A stretch of DNA of 63,459 nt, counting the filler, from Octopus bimaculoides (taxonomy: Eukaryota): assembly GCF_001194135.2 (NCBI RefSeq). It is 10 parts of 10 records of this genome, joined end to end, with 100 filler letters (N's around TTAATTAATTAA, not from the genome) between each part and the next. Parts side by side here need not be neighbours in the genome. Positions count along the whole stretch, not along the records: positions 36,204 to 48,456 come from NC_068996.1; positions 48,557 to 51,686 come from NW_026362211.1; 8 more parts are not named here. One strand, written 5' to 3'. Below, piece by piece: positions 37,101 to 51,256 of this stretch. Positions within the stretch are counted from its first letter, which is position 1, and each line of letters opens with the position of its first letter. Below the pieces are notes generated by a model. The model did not search any database. It was not told the origin of the DNA and saw only the letters and a list, made by a program, of their open reading frames with translations. A program made the translations under genes and the position numbers.

Positions 37101-37359
37101 CAGACAGAGAGATAGGCAGATTGAGAGACAGGCAGATAAGTAGGTATGCAGAGAGAGAGAAATGGGCGCTCCTCTTCCTATTCACTATTCATTTATTTAT
37201 TTAGTTATTTACTATCGTATTGGAATGGGTTTAAGGATGGTGACCCCTTCAAAAGCGAAAAAAAAAAACAGGTGCGGTGTCATCACTGAAAGTCTTTTTG
37301 CTTTCTTTCCCTCTTCCCCTTTCCTTCTTTTCTTTCCCTCTTTCTTTCTTTTTCTCCTC

Positions 37360-37455
37360 TTTGAGTTATATTTAGAATACAAAACGTACTGTCTCCTCTT
37401 TTCTTTTAAACATTCAATTTCGCAGAGAATTTTTTGATGAAATGTAGTTCTGCAT
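37360..37455 (-). repeat. Duplicated PLE 3' end (pseudo-LTR-like)
   Basis: Direct repeat of 38310-38405, covering the last GIY-YIG codons and the start of the 3' UTR. Confidence 0.75.
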
Positions 37456-37562
37456 GAAAAAACAGTAGTATAATATTTACGAATTAAAAATGTCTTGAAT
37501 TAAATAAAATCAAATAAAAAATATATATGCATATATCCGTAAAGCTAGAACATCTCAATGCT

Positions 37563-37620
<58 letters not shown>

Positions 37621-38355
37621 GAAATAGAAGAAAGAAGACACGCACCCAACACCAGAGCTGAAGACACCTGGGAAAGGGGGGGCGCCACGTAAAAACGGTA
37701 GAGGAGTAGGGGCCGAAACCGGACGTGGTTCCTCCTGATGATGTCTTGAGCTAACTGGATCCTATAAAGGAGCTGTTGTGGTAGCAGACCACGAAACATG
37801 GTTGAAATTCCATTCCTATATATATATATATATNNNNNNNNNNNNNNNNNNNNNNNNNNNNNNNNNNNNNNNNNNNNNNNNNNNNNNNNNNNNNNNNNNN
37901 NNNNNNNNNNNNNNNNNNNNNNNNNNNNNNNNNNNNNNNNNNNNNNNNNNNNNNNNNNNNNNNNNNNNNNNNNNNNNNNNNNNNNNNNNNNNNNNNNNNN
38001 NNNNNNNNNNNNNNNNNNNNNNNNNNNNNNNNNNNNNNNNNNNNNNNNNNNNNNNNNNNNNNNNNNNNNNNNNNNNNNNNNNNNNNNNNNNNNNNNNNNN
38101 NNNNNNNNNNNNNNNNNNNNNNNNNNNNNNNNNNNNNNNNNNNNNNNNNNNNNNNNNNNNNNNNNNNNNNNNNNNNNNNNNNNNNNNNNNNNNNNNNNNN
38201 NNNNNNNNNNTAACACTTACAAACTAGAAAAACATGCAAAGCTCAGAGCATCTCAATGCCACTCATATATACCTGAATATTTACAGAAATGAGCATTATC
38301 TTTCCAATATTTGAGTTATATTTAGAATACAAAATGTACTGTCTCCGCTTTCCTT

Positions 38356-39130
38356 TCAAATATTCAATTTTGGAGAGAACTTTTTGATGAAATGTCGTTC
38401 CATTGCTCTTCGGTATTGTGGATCGTCACGTGCACATTTGTAAAATGGAAAAATTTTGAATTTTCCATCGCTGCATATTTCTAGATGCTTACTTAATGGA
38501 ATATAGCGTAATTCCACTTGTCGGATATGTTGCCTGTGGATTCTTGCACGTTGGCAGAGGGAATTATTTGTTTCACCAATGTAATTTTCTTTGCAGTTTA
38601 GACAGGTAATGCAGTACATAAGGTATTGCGTTTTGCACTTCATATCTGCATTTATTTTGAAAAGGCATCCGCTCCTGAATTTTATGTGGGAACCACTTTC
38701 CAAGTATTTGAAGTTGTTGATATTGTTGCATGTTCTACATCTCCTATCTCAATATTCTTTTACTAAGAATTCCGATTCATTCTCCGATTTGAATTCTGCC
38801 CTTGTGAGGTGTTTTTTTTAAGATTTTTTGGTCGGCGTCTACTATTCCGTAAGGTGTTTTTTTCAATCAGAGCTTTCATTTGGGGGCTTTGTAGGAGTAT
38901 AGGTAAGTTCGATTTTATGGCGTGAAAGATGTTGGTTATTCAAGGACTGTGTGTTAACGGACGGAATCGTGTTTTCATTAACTATTTCCTTAGGTGTCCG
39001 AAGTTGGGTGATGTTCAGTTTCATCGCCTTTTTAATTCCCTCATTAATTAACCCTAAGGGGGTTTTCTGCATTGTGAGGAAGCCGTTGAGTTCGTTGAGT
39101 CGGATTTCACGTATTTTGAGGTCAGTCATA
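38356..39130 (-). pseudogene. Penelope-like element: RT thumb, C..C linker and GIY-YIG endonuclease
   Basis: ...RLNELNGFL..Q..P..LI...; RCRTC; CKTQYLMYCITCLNCKENYIGET...QRARIH...HLEIC...ERHFIKKFSPKLN*. A few frameshifts; the 5' part is lost in a gap. Confidence 0.92.
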
Positions 39131-39929
39131 TCTATCTATCTCTCTCTCTCTCTCTCTCTCTANNNNNNNNNNNNNNNNNNNNNNNNNNNNNNNNNNNNNN
39201 NNNNNNNNNNNNNNNNNNNNNNNNNNNNNNNNNNNNNNNNNNNNNNNNNNNNNNNNNNNNNNNNNNNNNNNNNNNNNNNNNNNNNNNNNNNNNNNNNNNN
39301 NNNNNNNNNNNNNNNNNNNNNNNNNNNNNNNNNNNNNNNNNNNNNNNNNNNNNNNNNNNNNNNNNNNNNNNNNNNNNNNNNNNNNNNNNNNNNNNNNNNN
39401 NNNNNNNNNNNNNNNNNNNNNNNNNNNNNNNNNNNNNNNNNNNNNNNNNNNNNNNNNNNNNNNNNNNNNNNNNNNNNNNNNNNNNNNNNNNNNNNNNNNN
39501 NNNNNNNNNNNNNNNNNNNNNNNNNNNNNNNNNNNNNNNNNNNNNNNNNNNNNNNNNNNNNNNNNNNNNNNNNNNNNNNNNNNNNNNNNNNNNNNNNNNN
39601 NNNNNNATATATATACATATATATGTGTGTGTGTGTGTGTGTGTACATATATATATATATATATATATGTATGTGCATCATCATCATCGTCATCATTTAA
39701 CGTCTGTCTTCCATGCTGGCAGGAACTGGCAAGGCCACGGAGCACACCAGCCTCCAATGTCTGTTTTGGCTTACTTCTTAAGGCCAACCAATCCACAGAG
39801 TGTACTGGGTGCTTTTTATGTGGCACCAGCACGAATGCGTTTTACGTGGCACCAGCACCAATGCTTTTTACGTAGCACCTTAGTTTTAGAAACTTAGTTC
39901 TGTAGTAATGAGTGGGTTTTTCTCGAGTA

Positions 39930-40190
39930 CACCAATTTCCCATATATCTTGGTCCTCTATCATCTCCTTCGTCAGGTTCAGCGTTTTGAAATCGGCCTAC
40001 AGTACTTCATCCCATATCTTCTAGGGCCTCCTTCTATAACTTACCTCCGATTTAAGTGATCGGCACTTCTTCATGCAACTGTCCTCATCCATCTGCATAT
40101 AATCGAACACTGCATATAATCCCTCTTATGCCCAACTTTTCTCTCGAAACACCAATACTCTGTCGCACATGCACACAGACACCGCATTAT
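39930..40190 (-). mobile_element. Decayed RTE ORF C-terminus (3' UTR continues to the (GAT)n tail at 39676)
   Basis: Frameshifted remnants of R.L.GI...RMDEDS..KKCR...GRPR..WDEV...D..WR, plus the tail ...ccagcatggaagacagacgttaaatgatgacgatgatg. Confidence 0.6.
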
Positions 40191-40659
40191 ATATAAATAT
40201 AATTCATACAAAACTGTACCTGTGTACCTTTTTCTGTTAGCCATTGTTCCCCAATATGACACCGATTTCTCATCTTTTCCATTAGTTGTAATCGACTTAG
40301 AATTGATATATAGGGTCATATGCCAGGTGATTTTTGACAGCTCTTTACTCCATGTTCGCTATGGATTCCATGTAATGATGTGCACAGTAACAGTCATTAA
40401 TGATTCGCATAATTAAACTTATCTGTATCTTCTTATTTCCTGTTTAGCAAATTATTTCAGGGCTACTTAAACAAAAATGCCATTTGCTGTTCTTGACTAA
40501 CTAGCGCGGGTTTCTGTGAGTAAGTAGCTCACCGATTTGATGACAAGTATAATATTACGTAATTTTCTATACAAAGATAATTCACTGGATGTTTCGGTCT
40601 TGGAATTCATCAGCAACACTTACATGTTTTTATATAGGTTCTAATCCAGGTCGACTTGT

Positions 40660-40910
40660 CCAGCCCTTTTCTCCGATTATTTGACTTCTTTCTTTTCTCT
40701 TTTTGAAATCTTTTGGTTCCGATGGTGGTGTAACACCTCCACTTGGTACGGTCTCCACTTTGTGTTTCAAACGATTTAGGCACAATTCCAAAGGCTTTTA
40801 ATGTTGTTTTGACTTGGTCCTTGTAACTTTGAAGAAGTGGTCTTTTCCCCGTGGTCTTTTCCTTGAAGTGAGCTCATTGGATAAAACCTGGCGTGGGAAC
40901 CTTGACACTT
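40660..40910 (-). mobile_element. RTE-BovB-like LINE C-terminal fragment
   Basis: PRQVLSNELTSRKRPRG/KRPLLQSYKDQVKTTLKAFGIVPKSFETQSGDRTKWR matches P..L.GEL..GKR..GRP...YKD..K..LK.....E....DR..WR. Confidence 0.7.
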
Positions 40911-41862
40911 CCTTTCTTGCTACATGTCAGAACCATCGAAGCTAATGTTTCATGATCAGCGATTCGATACTTTGACTGAACGCGAAACCATCTGGTTGGG
41001 AAGCAAACTTCCAACTACACAGCCACGCCTGCGCTTATTTAAGTTTATTCTTTAACCAATTCTCTTTCCCTAGATAAAACAAGCTTGTGTATTTATAAAG
41101 TAACTCTTCTATCACTCGTTCGCTAAGACAATTCTATATTTTTCGCTCAACACCGAATTATCTCTGAATCAGTTATGTGAATATTAACTTATCTTTCTGC
41201 GTATATTTTTTTTCAACTCAGAGTGAACAACAATATTTATTTCATGGTTCCTGTATTAGTAATAGTCAATCCTTACTTGACTATTACTTTTCATACAGAT
41301 GGTGTCTCGTTCTTAAATAATTCAAAGTATTTTGCACGACAGTGTACATTTTATGACAGTATAATGGGTTCAAATTTTGGCACGAGGCCAGCAGTTCCGG
41401 GGGAGGGAGCTAGTCGATTACATCGACCCCAGTGCTCAACTGGTATTTATCTTATCGATCCCGAACCGATGGAAGATAAAGTCGATGTTGGCAGAATTTA
41501 TACTCAGAACGTAAAGACGGACGAAATGTCACTAAGATTTTTGCCCAGAATGCTAAAGATTCATCAAGCTCACAGCCAATTTTATAACAATATGATAAAA
41601 CTTATACTTGAAGGATGTATCTAACTTAAGTGATTGCTTCATTTACTGCAAATTTGACGTTTGCTTGGCTGCAGTATTGTTGCTGATATCACGTGAGAGT
41701 AACAAACGGCTTTTAGTAAACGTTATGAAAGGAATCTTGAAAAGCCTCTTTAAAAATGCATCTATTAATCCATTGAAATATAATATTCAAGCAAATAAAT
41801 AATAAAGGAAGATGATGATGATGATGACGATGATGATGATGATGATGAAAATAGTAATGATG

Positions 41863-41907
<45 letters not shown>

Positions 41908-41910
<3 letters not shown>

Positions 41911-43076
41911 TTCATCAGAAGGCCCAAATTATTTAGCGGACTCAATGGAAATAACAAAATCTAGATAATGAATACATGCTGTTCTCTTAATGTTACACGG
42001 CGCGGACAGATAAACCAGGTAAGTGGTGACAGTTAACAAGGAATTTCCACCGAAAAGTGATATTGGAAGAGGGTTCATTGGATGCAATATCCATGTTGTG
42101 AACGAGGAAAACAGTCTGAGATGGCACGACAAACAGCAGATTGAACCTTTGCTTGCTACTGTTAGAAATACTTGTCGAAAATGTGACGCATTCAGGACAC
42201 ATTTAAGAAACAAAATGAAGAACAGGAAAAAAATCTGGAAAATGAAAACAATGCATGGGCAATACTTCAGAAAAATCGACGGAAAAGAGAAGCCCAACAA
42301 CAGGAAGTGACTAAAGAAAAGTGATCTAAAAGAATGCACCGAGTCATTGATATATTGTGTCCAGGAACAAGTTCTGAGAATTAATTACACCAAGTTGCAA
42401 AAGATAAGAGCAGTGAACTGTCCCTTTGAAGAATGCATAGCAGAAAAAAAATGAAACATTACATATTGTGAGTGAGTGTAGTAAACTGTCCCAAAAACAT
42501 TACAAAAGGCGGCAAGATAACGTACTCATGGAGACAGTGTCAAAAGTACGGTATAGGTTTAACACAGAAATGAGAGGAACATTAATTAGAAGGCTTCACT
42601 GAGAATAACGAATGTAAGATCTTGTGCGATTCTACAATTCAATGTGACTCTCTGATAAATGTCCGAAGACCAGACATTGTTGTCGAAGATGAAGAATAAA
42701 AATTAAAAAACGTGCAGGTGACGAAGAGCTAGAAAAGGTGAAAAGATAGGAAATTGCGAGAATGTGGGCAATGAATAGAGTACCTGTCATCCAAGTAGTT
42801 GTACTGGGCTCTGGAAGCATTAACAACCAGGTTAGAGAAAAATGTTGGAGAAATTGGAATTGATATGAACGCAGAGCAGGCATCCAAAACAGATCTATTG
42901 GGAAACGGCGATGATTTTGAGATTAGTACTCGGATGTTGAGTATCTTCAACGATAAGTTAACATCTAGGTATCAAGTCTTATCATTCGTGAAAAGAGGCC
43001 ATAAGGCAATCTGTGAGATCTTTGACAACATAATTAATCGGAGTAAGGAGGATCGAGAGCTCTGAGAAGTAAAATA
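41908..43076 (+). mobile_element. 5'-truncated R4/Dong-clade LINE flanked by (AAT)n on both sides
   Basis: LFSGLNGNNKI..NT; GRGFIG...EENSL.W...EPLL; MHGQY; LK...E.LI..VQEQVLR.NY; C..ETLHIVSECSKL...Y..RQDNV; ILCDSTIQCD..RRPDIV (PD..D REL motif); KTDLLG. (AAT)n at 41866-41907 and 43077-43092. Confidence 0.88.
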
Positions 43077-43091
43077 TAATAATAATAATAA

Positions 43092-43193
<102 letters not shown>

Positions 43194-43909
43194 AGGTAGT
43201 GGTAATAAGTAGATAAAAAATACTAAACAAAATAAAATGAGATCTTCAAATTAATGTAGGTTGCATAAAATATATCTACAAATATTTGTATACGTAAAAA
43301 TAAAATAAACAAAAACATACATGCATACATATATACATATATACATATACATGCATTCATGTATATGAATATATATATACATATATATTTATATATATAT
43401 ATATATATATATGCATACATATATATATACACATACACACATACGCACTCACACACACACACACACTTATGTATATATCGACATTTTCTGAAATAGCTAC
43501 ATTAGTTGATGATATACACGCGACAGCAATTTATACTTTGAAAAATTTAATAAATCAACCAGAAATAAGCGAATGTATATTGAAGCGTAAGGAAAACGAA
43601 AAAAAATACAGAAAAATACAAAACAGAAACAAAAAATGGAGACTCGGAGTGAATCACTTGTTCTTGGAACACAAACGAAAACACTCAACTAATTCATATA
43701 ATAAAAGAATATATACACACACACACACATAGATACTCACATACTCACACACATAAACACATTATACAGATACATCTACATAAATAATTCCCTTTAATGA
43801 AAATATTATATATGTATTCAGGAACGTATATGTATATGTATATACATATTTGTGTGTGTATGTGTGTGTGTGTGTGTGTGTGTAAATATATATATACATA
43901 TATACACTA

Positions 43910-43940
<31 letters not shown>

Positions 43941-44068
43941 ATGTATAAACATATATACATGTAATAGATATGAACAATTCTATACTCAGTTTTTGGATGC
44001 ATCTCACCTATAGGCACAATGTACATATATGTTATAAACACTCGAATGCACACATGCACATACATATA

Positions 44069-44132
<64 letters not shown>

Positions 44133-44224
44133 AATACGTATATGTATGCTTATTATATACATGCATGTTATGTATAGATTTTACGTGTGTGTATGCGAGT
44201 ATGTGCGCGCGCACAAATAATTGC

Positions 44225-44283
<59 letters not shown>

Positions 44284-44969
44284 TGCATATACATACGCAC
44301 TGATAGATATACACATATGTGTGCGTGCATGTACATCTATTCACAACACTTTTATGCTCATGCACATACACACACATAAAGATAGGAGATTATTTAATAT
44401 ATTTTTGTTTCAGCAGTATATATAATGTTTTAATTTATTGTTTGCATGTTATATTATGTATGCATATCATCCTGTGATTTAGCTTATCAGAAGATGTTTA
44501 CATATTCATGCATACACATACGTCAATACAAGCACACATACATACACATTCTTATACATAAGTTTACGCATATATGTATTCACCCATGCATATATGCATG
44601 CATAGATACTCACGCACACGGTTTACCTATTTTAATCATTAGACTGCAGCTACGCTGGGGCGCCTCCTTGAAGAATTTTTAATCGAATGAATCGACCCCA
44701 GTACTTTTTATTTATTTATTTATTTATTTATTTTGTTAACCCGGTACTTTTCCTATTTATCTATTTTGCCGAACTGCTAAGTTACAGGAACGTAAACACA
44801 CCAAACCGGTTGTTAAATGACGAGCTTCTTTTGGTGTCCGTCTAGCAAATCCATTCGCAAGGCTTTGGTCGACCCGAAGCTATAGTAGAAAATATTTGAC
44901 CAAGGCATCACGCAGTGGGACCGAATCCGGAACCATATGGCTGGGAAGCAAGCTTCTTACCACACAGCC

Positions 44970-45063
<94 letters not shown>

Positions 45064-45348
45064 ACGCGCTGTGAAACTGATTTATTATGCTGCCACTCCG
45101 AGTATTTCGTCTGGATGTGTATATAATCGGCAAAAATGTCAATGAATTATAAGCAGTGAACGGATAAAATCCCTTCTAGAATGTATGGCATTTCCTTTAA
45201 AATATTCTCCTGCTATCATTATCATGATCATCGTCGCTGCAGTCATCACTATCACCACCACCATCATCACATTCACCATCACCGTCGTCGTCGTAATCAT
45301 CAGCAGCAATAATATCAGTATCAGCAGTATCACCACCACCATCATCTT

Positions 45349-45530
<182 letters not shown>

Positions 45531-45856
45531 TTTCTTAAACAACGACAGCGACTCCAAGAACCCGTGGACACTAACTACTAGGCTCCGCGCTCTCCCAAAT
45601 ATATATTAGTAATATTATTTAGCTTTAGACTTAATGGTCACCCGGTTTAACACCAGTACCAAGTCCTCGCGTTACTTTAGAGAGAGTTTAATGTATCTGA
45701 AGCTTTAGGATCAGGTTTTCATCTCTGAAGATTACTATACATAACGGTGTATTGCCTTTTATTATAGTAGTCAGAGATTTGTGGTTTTCTTCTTTACTTT
45801 CTGCTTCACCATTACCCTGAAAACTGAAAAAGGTTACATACACAGACAAACACATA

Positions 45857-46415
45857 CAAGGTGTGTCAGAAATGGAACAAGATTTAGTGTTTAGTATGCT
45901 GTGAGAGGTATGTGGTGGTGGGGCGATAAAAAATAGCAGACTGCGTCAACATGTGACATAATATCCGAAGAGGGTTTAACTGCAATTTCAGTTCTCTGCA
46001 TTCATTGTATCTTTTTTCACGAGCTATTGCTAACAGCTGTTCAGTCTTAGGTCGTCAGACGATGGCCACAAAGCAACCAACGTACCAGCCCAAGGATTCT
46101 TGTCCATCCTGCATCCGCCAGTTCCTTGCCGAGAGGAATATCGCCATGCTGGGGCAACCTCCCTACACTCTCGACTTGGCTCCATCTGATTTTTTCCTTA
46201 GGGTTCCGTTTTCCTGGCGTGGAGGCCATTGAGAAAGCCGTGACGATGGAGCTGCAGAGAACCCAGAAAGAATCCTTCCAAAAGTGGATGGAGGCGTGAC
46301 GGAGAAGAACGAGACACAAGGGAATGAATTTGAAGGGTAAAACTTATAGCTTATAGTTGGGATTTGACATAAAATTTTTGTGACCCCCAGTCCTGTTTCT
46401 TTTCTGACATACCTG
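45857..46415 (+). mobile_element. Internally deleted mariner element
   Basis: TA-CAAGGTGTGTCAGAAA ... TTTCTGACATACCTG imperfect TIRs. Internal IRQFLAERNIAMLGQPPYTLDLAPSDFFL matches the HPPYSPDLAP.D motif. Confidence 0.85.
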
Positions 46416-47360
46416 ATATACTCACGTACATACGTATATATTTCGTATATGATTTAGATATACGTCTGCAAATATCCTATCAAATGTTTTCTTTAATCGT
46501 TTGTGATTGGTGTAACATTTATTCCTTATTTGCTCTCTTTACGATAGAGATGGAGTTTCCGGCGTGTAGATCTAATATTGCATCCGGAATATTTACAATA
46601 TTTCATAAGTCAAATAATATAAACGATTTGCTTAACGTTTTCCTTAGTTTTTCCTAGAGGTAATATTTATCCCTACTTAAATGTTGGTGTTCTTTTAGAA
46701 TGAACTATACTGCGGTAGTTACCATGAGAGATACTCTCATATTGCTTTTTTCACGCAAAATGCACTCTTGTTTATATCGCTAGCGGGGAGATAAATCCCT
46801 GATACTTCCAGCGCCAAGACCACCAATCATGTGATTTCGACCTTGTTTGGTCTTGTCAATGATGGACACTCAACCGCTAGAAGCAGCAGTTATTCATCTT
46901 CTCGCCGGCGATATATGGGTTGATAGTACCAGAACAGGTACTGGAGTCACGATTAACTTGTTACTTTTAACACTATTAACTTGTTACTTTTTACACTATT
47001 AACTTGTTACAAAATATATATTCGTGACAGGGGCAGTATTAATACAGAGAGATAATATTCATCCCTACTTAAACGTGGATGTTTTATTAGAACATATTTT
47101 GATAATGTCAGTCTCTATACCATTGCGCTCAATGTTAGTTCAGGAAATTTCACTAGAGAACCACCATGTATAATCACTTATACATATACATGTACAACAT
47201 TTTTCGGATGTTGCGGTATGTTTTATAAAAATAAAACTCTATATTCCCAAATTGTTGTGCGGCAATATTATTGTAAAACATAAGCCGCATTTATTAACAG
47301 CAAACACCAAATTCTTATCAGAAAGTTGCCCTTGTGTACTTCATTAAAATTTAAAACATT

Positions 47361-47396
<36 letters not shown>

Positions 47397-48000
47397 GCTG
47401 TTGTTGTTGTTGTTGTTGTTGTTGTTACAAACTCTCAGCAGACTAATGTGACACTTGTTTATTGATCATGATTCAAGCACGGAAAACTCTTGCAGGTCAA
47501 AACAATGATGATCTTTGTAGATGTTCTATCTTTACATTGGTATCAATCTTTTTGAGTCATGCTGGTAGTTGAGCGTTGATACTTCCAATCGCGCCAAACA
47601 CAATTGGTATCACGCATACTCTCTTCATTGCCCAAAGCCTGCGTATTTTTTGTCTTCAATTCATCATCGTGGTTTATTTTTATTTTTCTTTCTCTTTGAT
47701 CTTCTTGCTGTTACCAGGACATGCTATGTCGGTTATCAGGCATGTTTTCTTTTTATTTAGGTGGGGGGGGGTACCAAACCAATGTCAGGTTTCCAATATC
47801 AGGTTACCCTGAACCATTGCATCTCACTGGATTCTGTAAACTTCATTCTCAGTAACTCCTTCAGAGATCTGATCATACCACGTCTTTGATCTTTGTAGGC
47901 CATAATTTCCACAGAGCTCCCAGTGAACCATTCATGCCACATTGTCATGTCGTCTTTTGTAATCGCGCTGTGCTTATTTCAGGCATTCACTAGCAATATG

Positions 48001-48414
48001 CCGAACCAAACGATAACAAAAGAGATCTACTGCGAGCAGCATCAGCGGCTTCAGTCAGCGCAAAAAAAAGAAACGACCATGTTTGGTTTCAAGACGGTGT
48101 TCATCCATCAAGATAATGGTCGGCCACATACAGCGAGGATGACATACCAAAAGGCTGGATCAATTTGAATGAGAAACGATGTCTCACCCACCATATTAGG
48201 CGGACATTGCCCCATCTGATTATCATTTATTCAGCAGTCTTCAAAATCATTTGGACGAAAAACATAGGAATTCTCTAGACGGGATCAGAACAAGACTGGA
48301 AGAGTATTTTTCCTCACGGACAAATGAATTTTGGAAGGCAAATGAACTTTTACAAGTCTACCAGATAGATAAAAGACCATGGTAGAAAAGGAAGGAGAGT
48401 ATATCTTGGATTAA
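48001..48414 (+). pseudogene. Mariner transposase C-terminal (DD34D) fragment
   Basis: NQTITKEIYCEQ..RL...IHQDNGRPHTA...HPPY..DIAPSDYHLFSSLQNHL...G.YILD*. Confidence 0.9.
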
Positions 48415-50194
48415 AAATGAACTTCGTTCATCTTAATTAAATTTATATAAAACATANNNNNNNNNNNNNNNNNNNNNNNNNNNNNNNNNNNNNNNNNNNN
48501 TTAATTAATTAANNNNNNNNNNNNNNNNNNNNNNNNNNNNNNNNNNNNNNNNNNNNTATACAAATGTATATATACATACTGTATAACCCTTTTCTGCTAT
48601 AACCACCAGAGAAATATGTGCCTGTCTATTCAAATCCCAGTAATGAAAGAGTGCGATGACCACGATGGACTCGGCTGATACCTGGATCCGTCCTACATGC
48701 AACAGAATACATCTATGATTCCCATACCACTATATGTTAGTCATGCTTGGACTTTGAATGGATGTACGTATCGAGCAGGCTAATAATACTTCTATGTAGA
48801 ATTTAACTCGAATAAGAAATACACCTGCCCAGTTGCAATGCCATGTTAAGGATTTCTTTAAGTCATGCATATCGTTCGGTAGAAGTGACTATAGTCATGT
48901 TGAATATATCGTCACTCCTGCATTGAACTAGTTTTCTATAGCAGTTAAGCACTAACAAGTGATTTCAATAGGCAGAGAACTGTCAGATGCTGGACGCCTA
49001 ATCTTGGTCATTACTCAACACCGTTTGCAGATTTGAAAATCATATATAATGAACGATGATCACATGTGATCACCAACCCATGAATCTCGTAGCCTTAACG
49101 CATGCGCACGCATCATCAGCAAAATGAATGCCAAACTTTCCATGGTAAGGCGTTGGTAAGAAATGACATGTCTAAAAAAGTGTAAGAGCTGATGCTCCAA
49201 TTCGTGCCGGACAAAAACTGGGACGGGGCAAGACTGTTAAGTGGTAAAAAAGCCCCAACAATTTTGAGAGGAGGGACAAGGTGATTACATCGACCATACT
49301 ACTTGAATTGTACCTCATTTAATGGACCAAAAAAAGACAAAAAGCATAGCCAAACTCAACGGCATTTGAACTGAGAACGTAAAAAAAAAGCAAGAAATAC
49401 TGTTAATCGTTTTGTCGGAGGCGCTAATGAGGCCAGCAATTCACACAGCCCGGTATCAATTCAGTTGTCACTCGTTGACATTATACAACCCACATAAGAT
49501 GTACAGGAAATACTCCATTCCATTCTTTCTTGAAACACGGCTCACCCAGAACACACTCACCGCCCCTAAAATAACACAACACAACGCACTTTGCATGTTG
49601 TCTACACAACAAAGAGGTAAAACTTGCAGGAACCCCCTCACACCTCACAGTCCACACCCAACGAAAACAAAAACAAATAAGGAATTCTACAACAATGCAA
49701 AAGTAATGTAGANNNNNNNNNNNNNNNNNNNNNNNNNNNNNNNNNNNNNNNNNNNNNNNNNNNNNNNNNNNNNNNNNNNNNNNNNNNNNNNNNNNNNNNN
49801 NNNNNNNNNNNNNNNNNNNNNNNNNNNNNNNNNNNNNNNNNNNNNNNNNNNNNNNNNNNNNNNNNNNNNNNNNNNNNNNNNNNNNNNNNNNNNNNNNNNN
49901 NNNNNNNNNNNNNNNNNNNNNNNNNNNNNNNNNNNNNNNNNNNNNNNNNNNNNNNNNNNNNNGATGATGATGATGGTGATGATGATGGTGGTGATGATGA
50001 TGATGGTGATGATGATGATGGTGATGATGATGATGGTGATGATGATGGTGGTGATGATGATGATGGTGATGATGATGATGGTGATGATGATGATGGTGAT
50101 GATGATGATGGTGATGATGATGATGGTGATAATGGTGATGATGCCAACAACAGAAATAATAATAATAATAATAATAATTATAATAACAAAAATA

Positions 50195-50233
<39 letters not shown>

Positions 50234-50493
50234 GTGATGGTGATGATGATAATTTCTTTCAGTGGCTACAAGGGCCTAATACGTTTGGGGATAACAAGGA
50301 CGAAATGAAAAAAAAATAATAAAAATAAAAAATTAAAAAAAGACACAAAAACTGCGAGCATTTATACTGAGTAAAAGGGACGAAATAAACATGAACAATA
50401 ATAATAAAAAAAAACCCAATATTTACAAACAACAATAAATAGCGATAACAATTAACAACAAAACAGCAAAAACATATCAACAACGATGATAAC

Positions 50494-50533
<40 letters not shown>

Positions 50534-50554
50534 GTGAAGATGAGAATGATAATG

Positions 50555-50618
<64 letters not shown>

Positions 50619-50989
50619 TAATAATAGCAATAATGATAATAATAAGAACAACAATAATAATCGTAATAAAAATAATAACAATATTTCAATTTAGTTGGAT
50701 GCAATCGCAGGAGGAATAGATGCCAAAAACGAAAGTTATTTCGTTTTAATTTTTTGCCTGAACTAACATTTTCTCTACATGTTAATTCGCCGATCAAACC
50801 AACACCTTGTCGTCACATGTTGAGGTTTGTGATTTAATAGCTTCATTTGCCTTCTTCTTTCATTCTTTTCTTCTCTCCTTCTTTTCTTTTCGTTTATTGT
50901 TTTCATTCCGCTGCATTTTTATTTTTCATTATATTTTTCGTTTTAAATTTCTGTAGCTTACTTTTCTTTTATAATTATCATATAAACTT

Positions 50990-51025
<36 letters not shown>

Positions 51026-51070
51026 TTGGTGTTAGTTTTTACTTCTGAGCAGTTTTTAATTTTCTTCTTC

Positions 51071-51256
51071 TTTCTCTAAGTTACTTTTCTTCTTTATTCC
51101 TGCCCTTCTTTCTCTAAGTTACTTTTCTTCTTTCTCTAAGTTACTTTTCTTCTTTCTCTAAGTTACTTTTCTTCTTTCTCTAAGTTACTTTTCTTCTTTC
51201 TCTAAGTTACTTTTCTTCTTTCTCTAAGTTACTTTTCTTCTTTATTCCTGCCCTTC
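51071..51256. repeat. Minisatellite: 7 x TTTCTCTAAGTTACTTTTCTTC plus 2 x TTTATTCCTGCCCTTC
   Basis: Order A-B-A-A-A-A-A-A-B, read directly. Confidence 0.9.

Noticed and set aside
37645-37800. CTGAAGA...GAAACCGGAC and CTGATGA...GAAACATGGTT as hammerheads
   Set aside because: Helices I and II do not close, and the first lacks U16.1. At best these are decayed PLE-terminal motifs.
51071-51256. CRISPR-like periodic repeat
   Set aside because: Units are contiguous with no unique spacers, there are no cas genes, and the context is eukaryotic.
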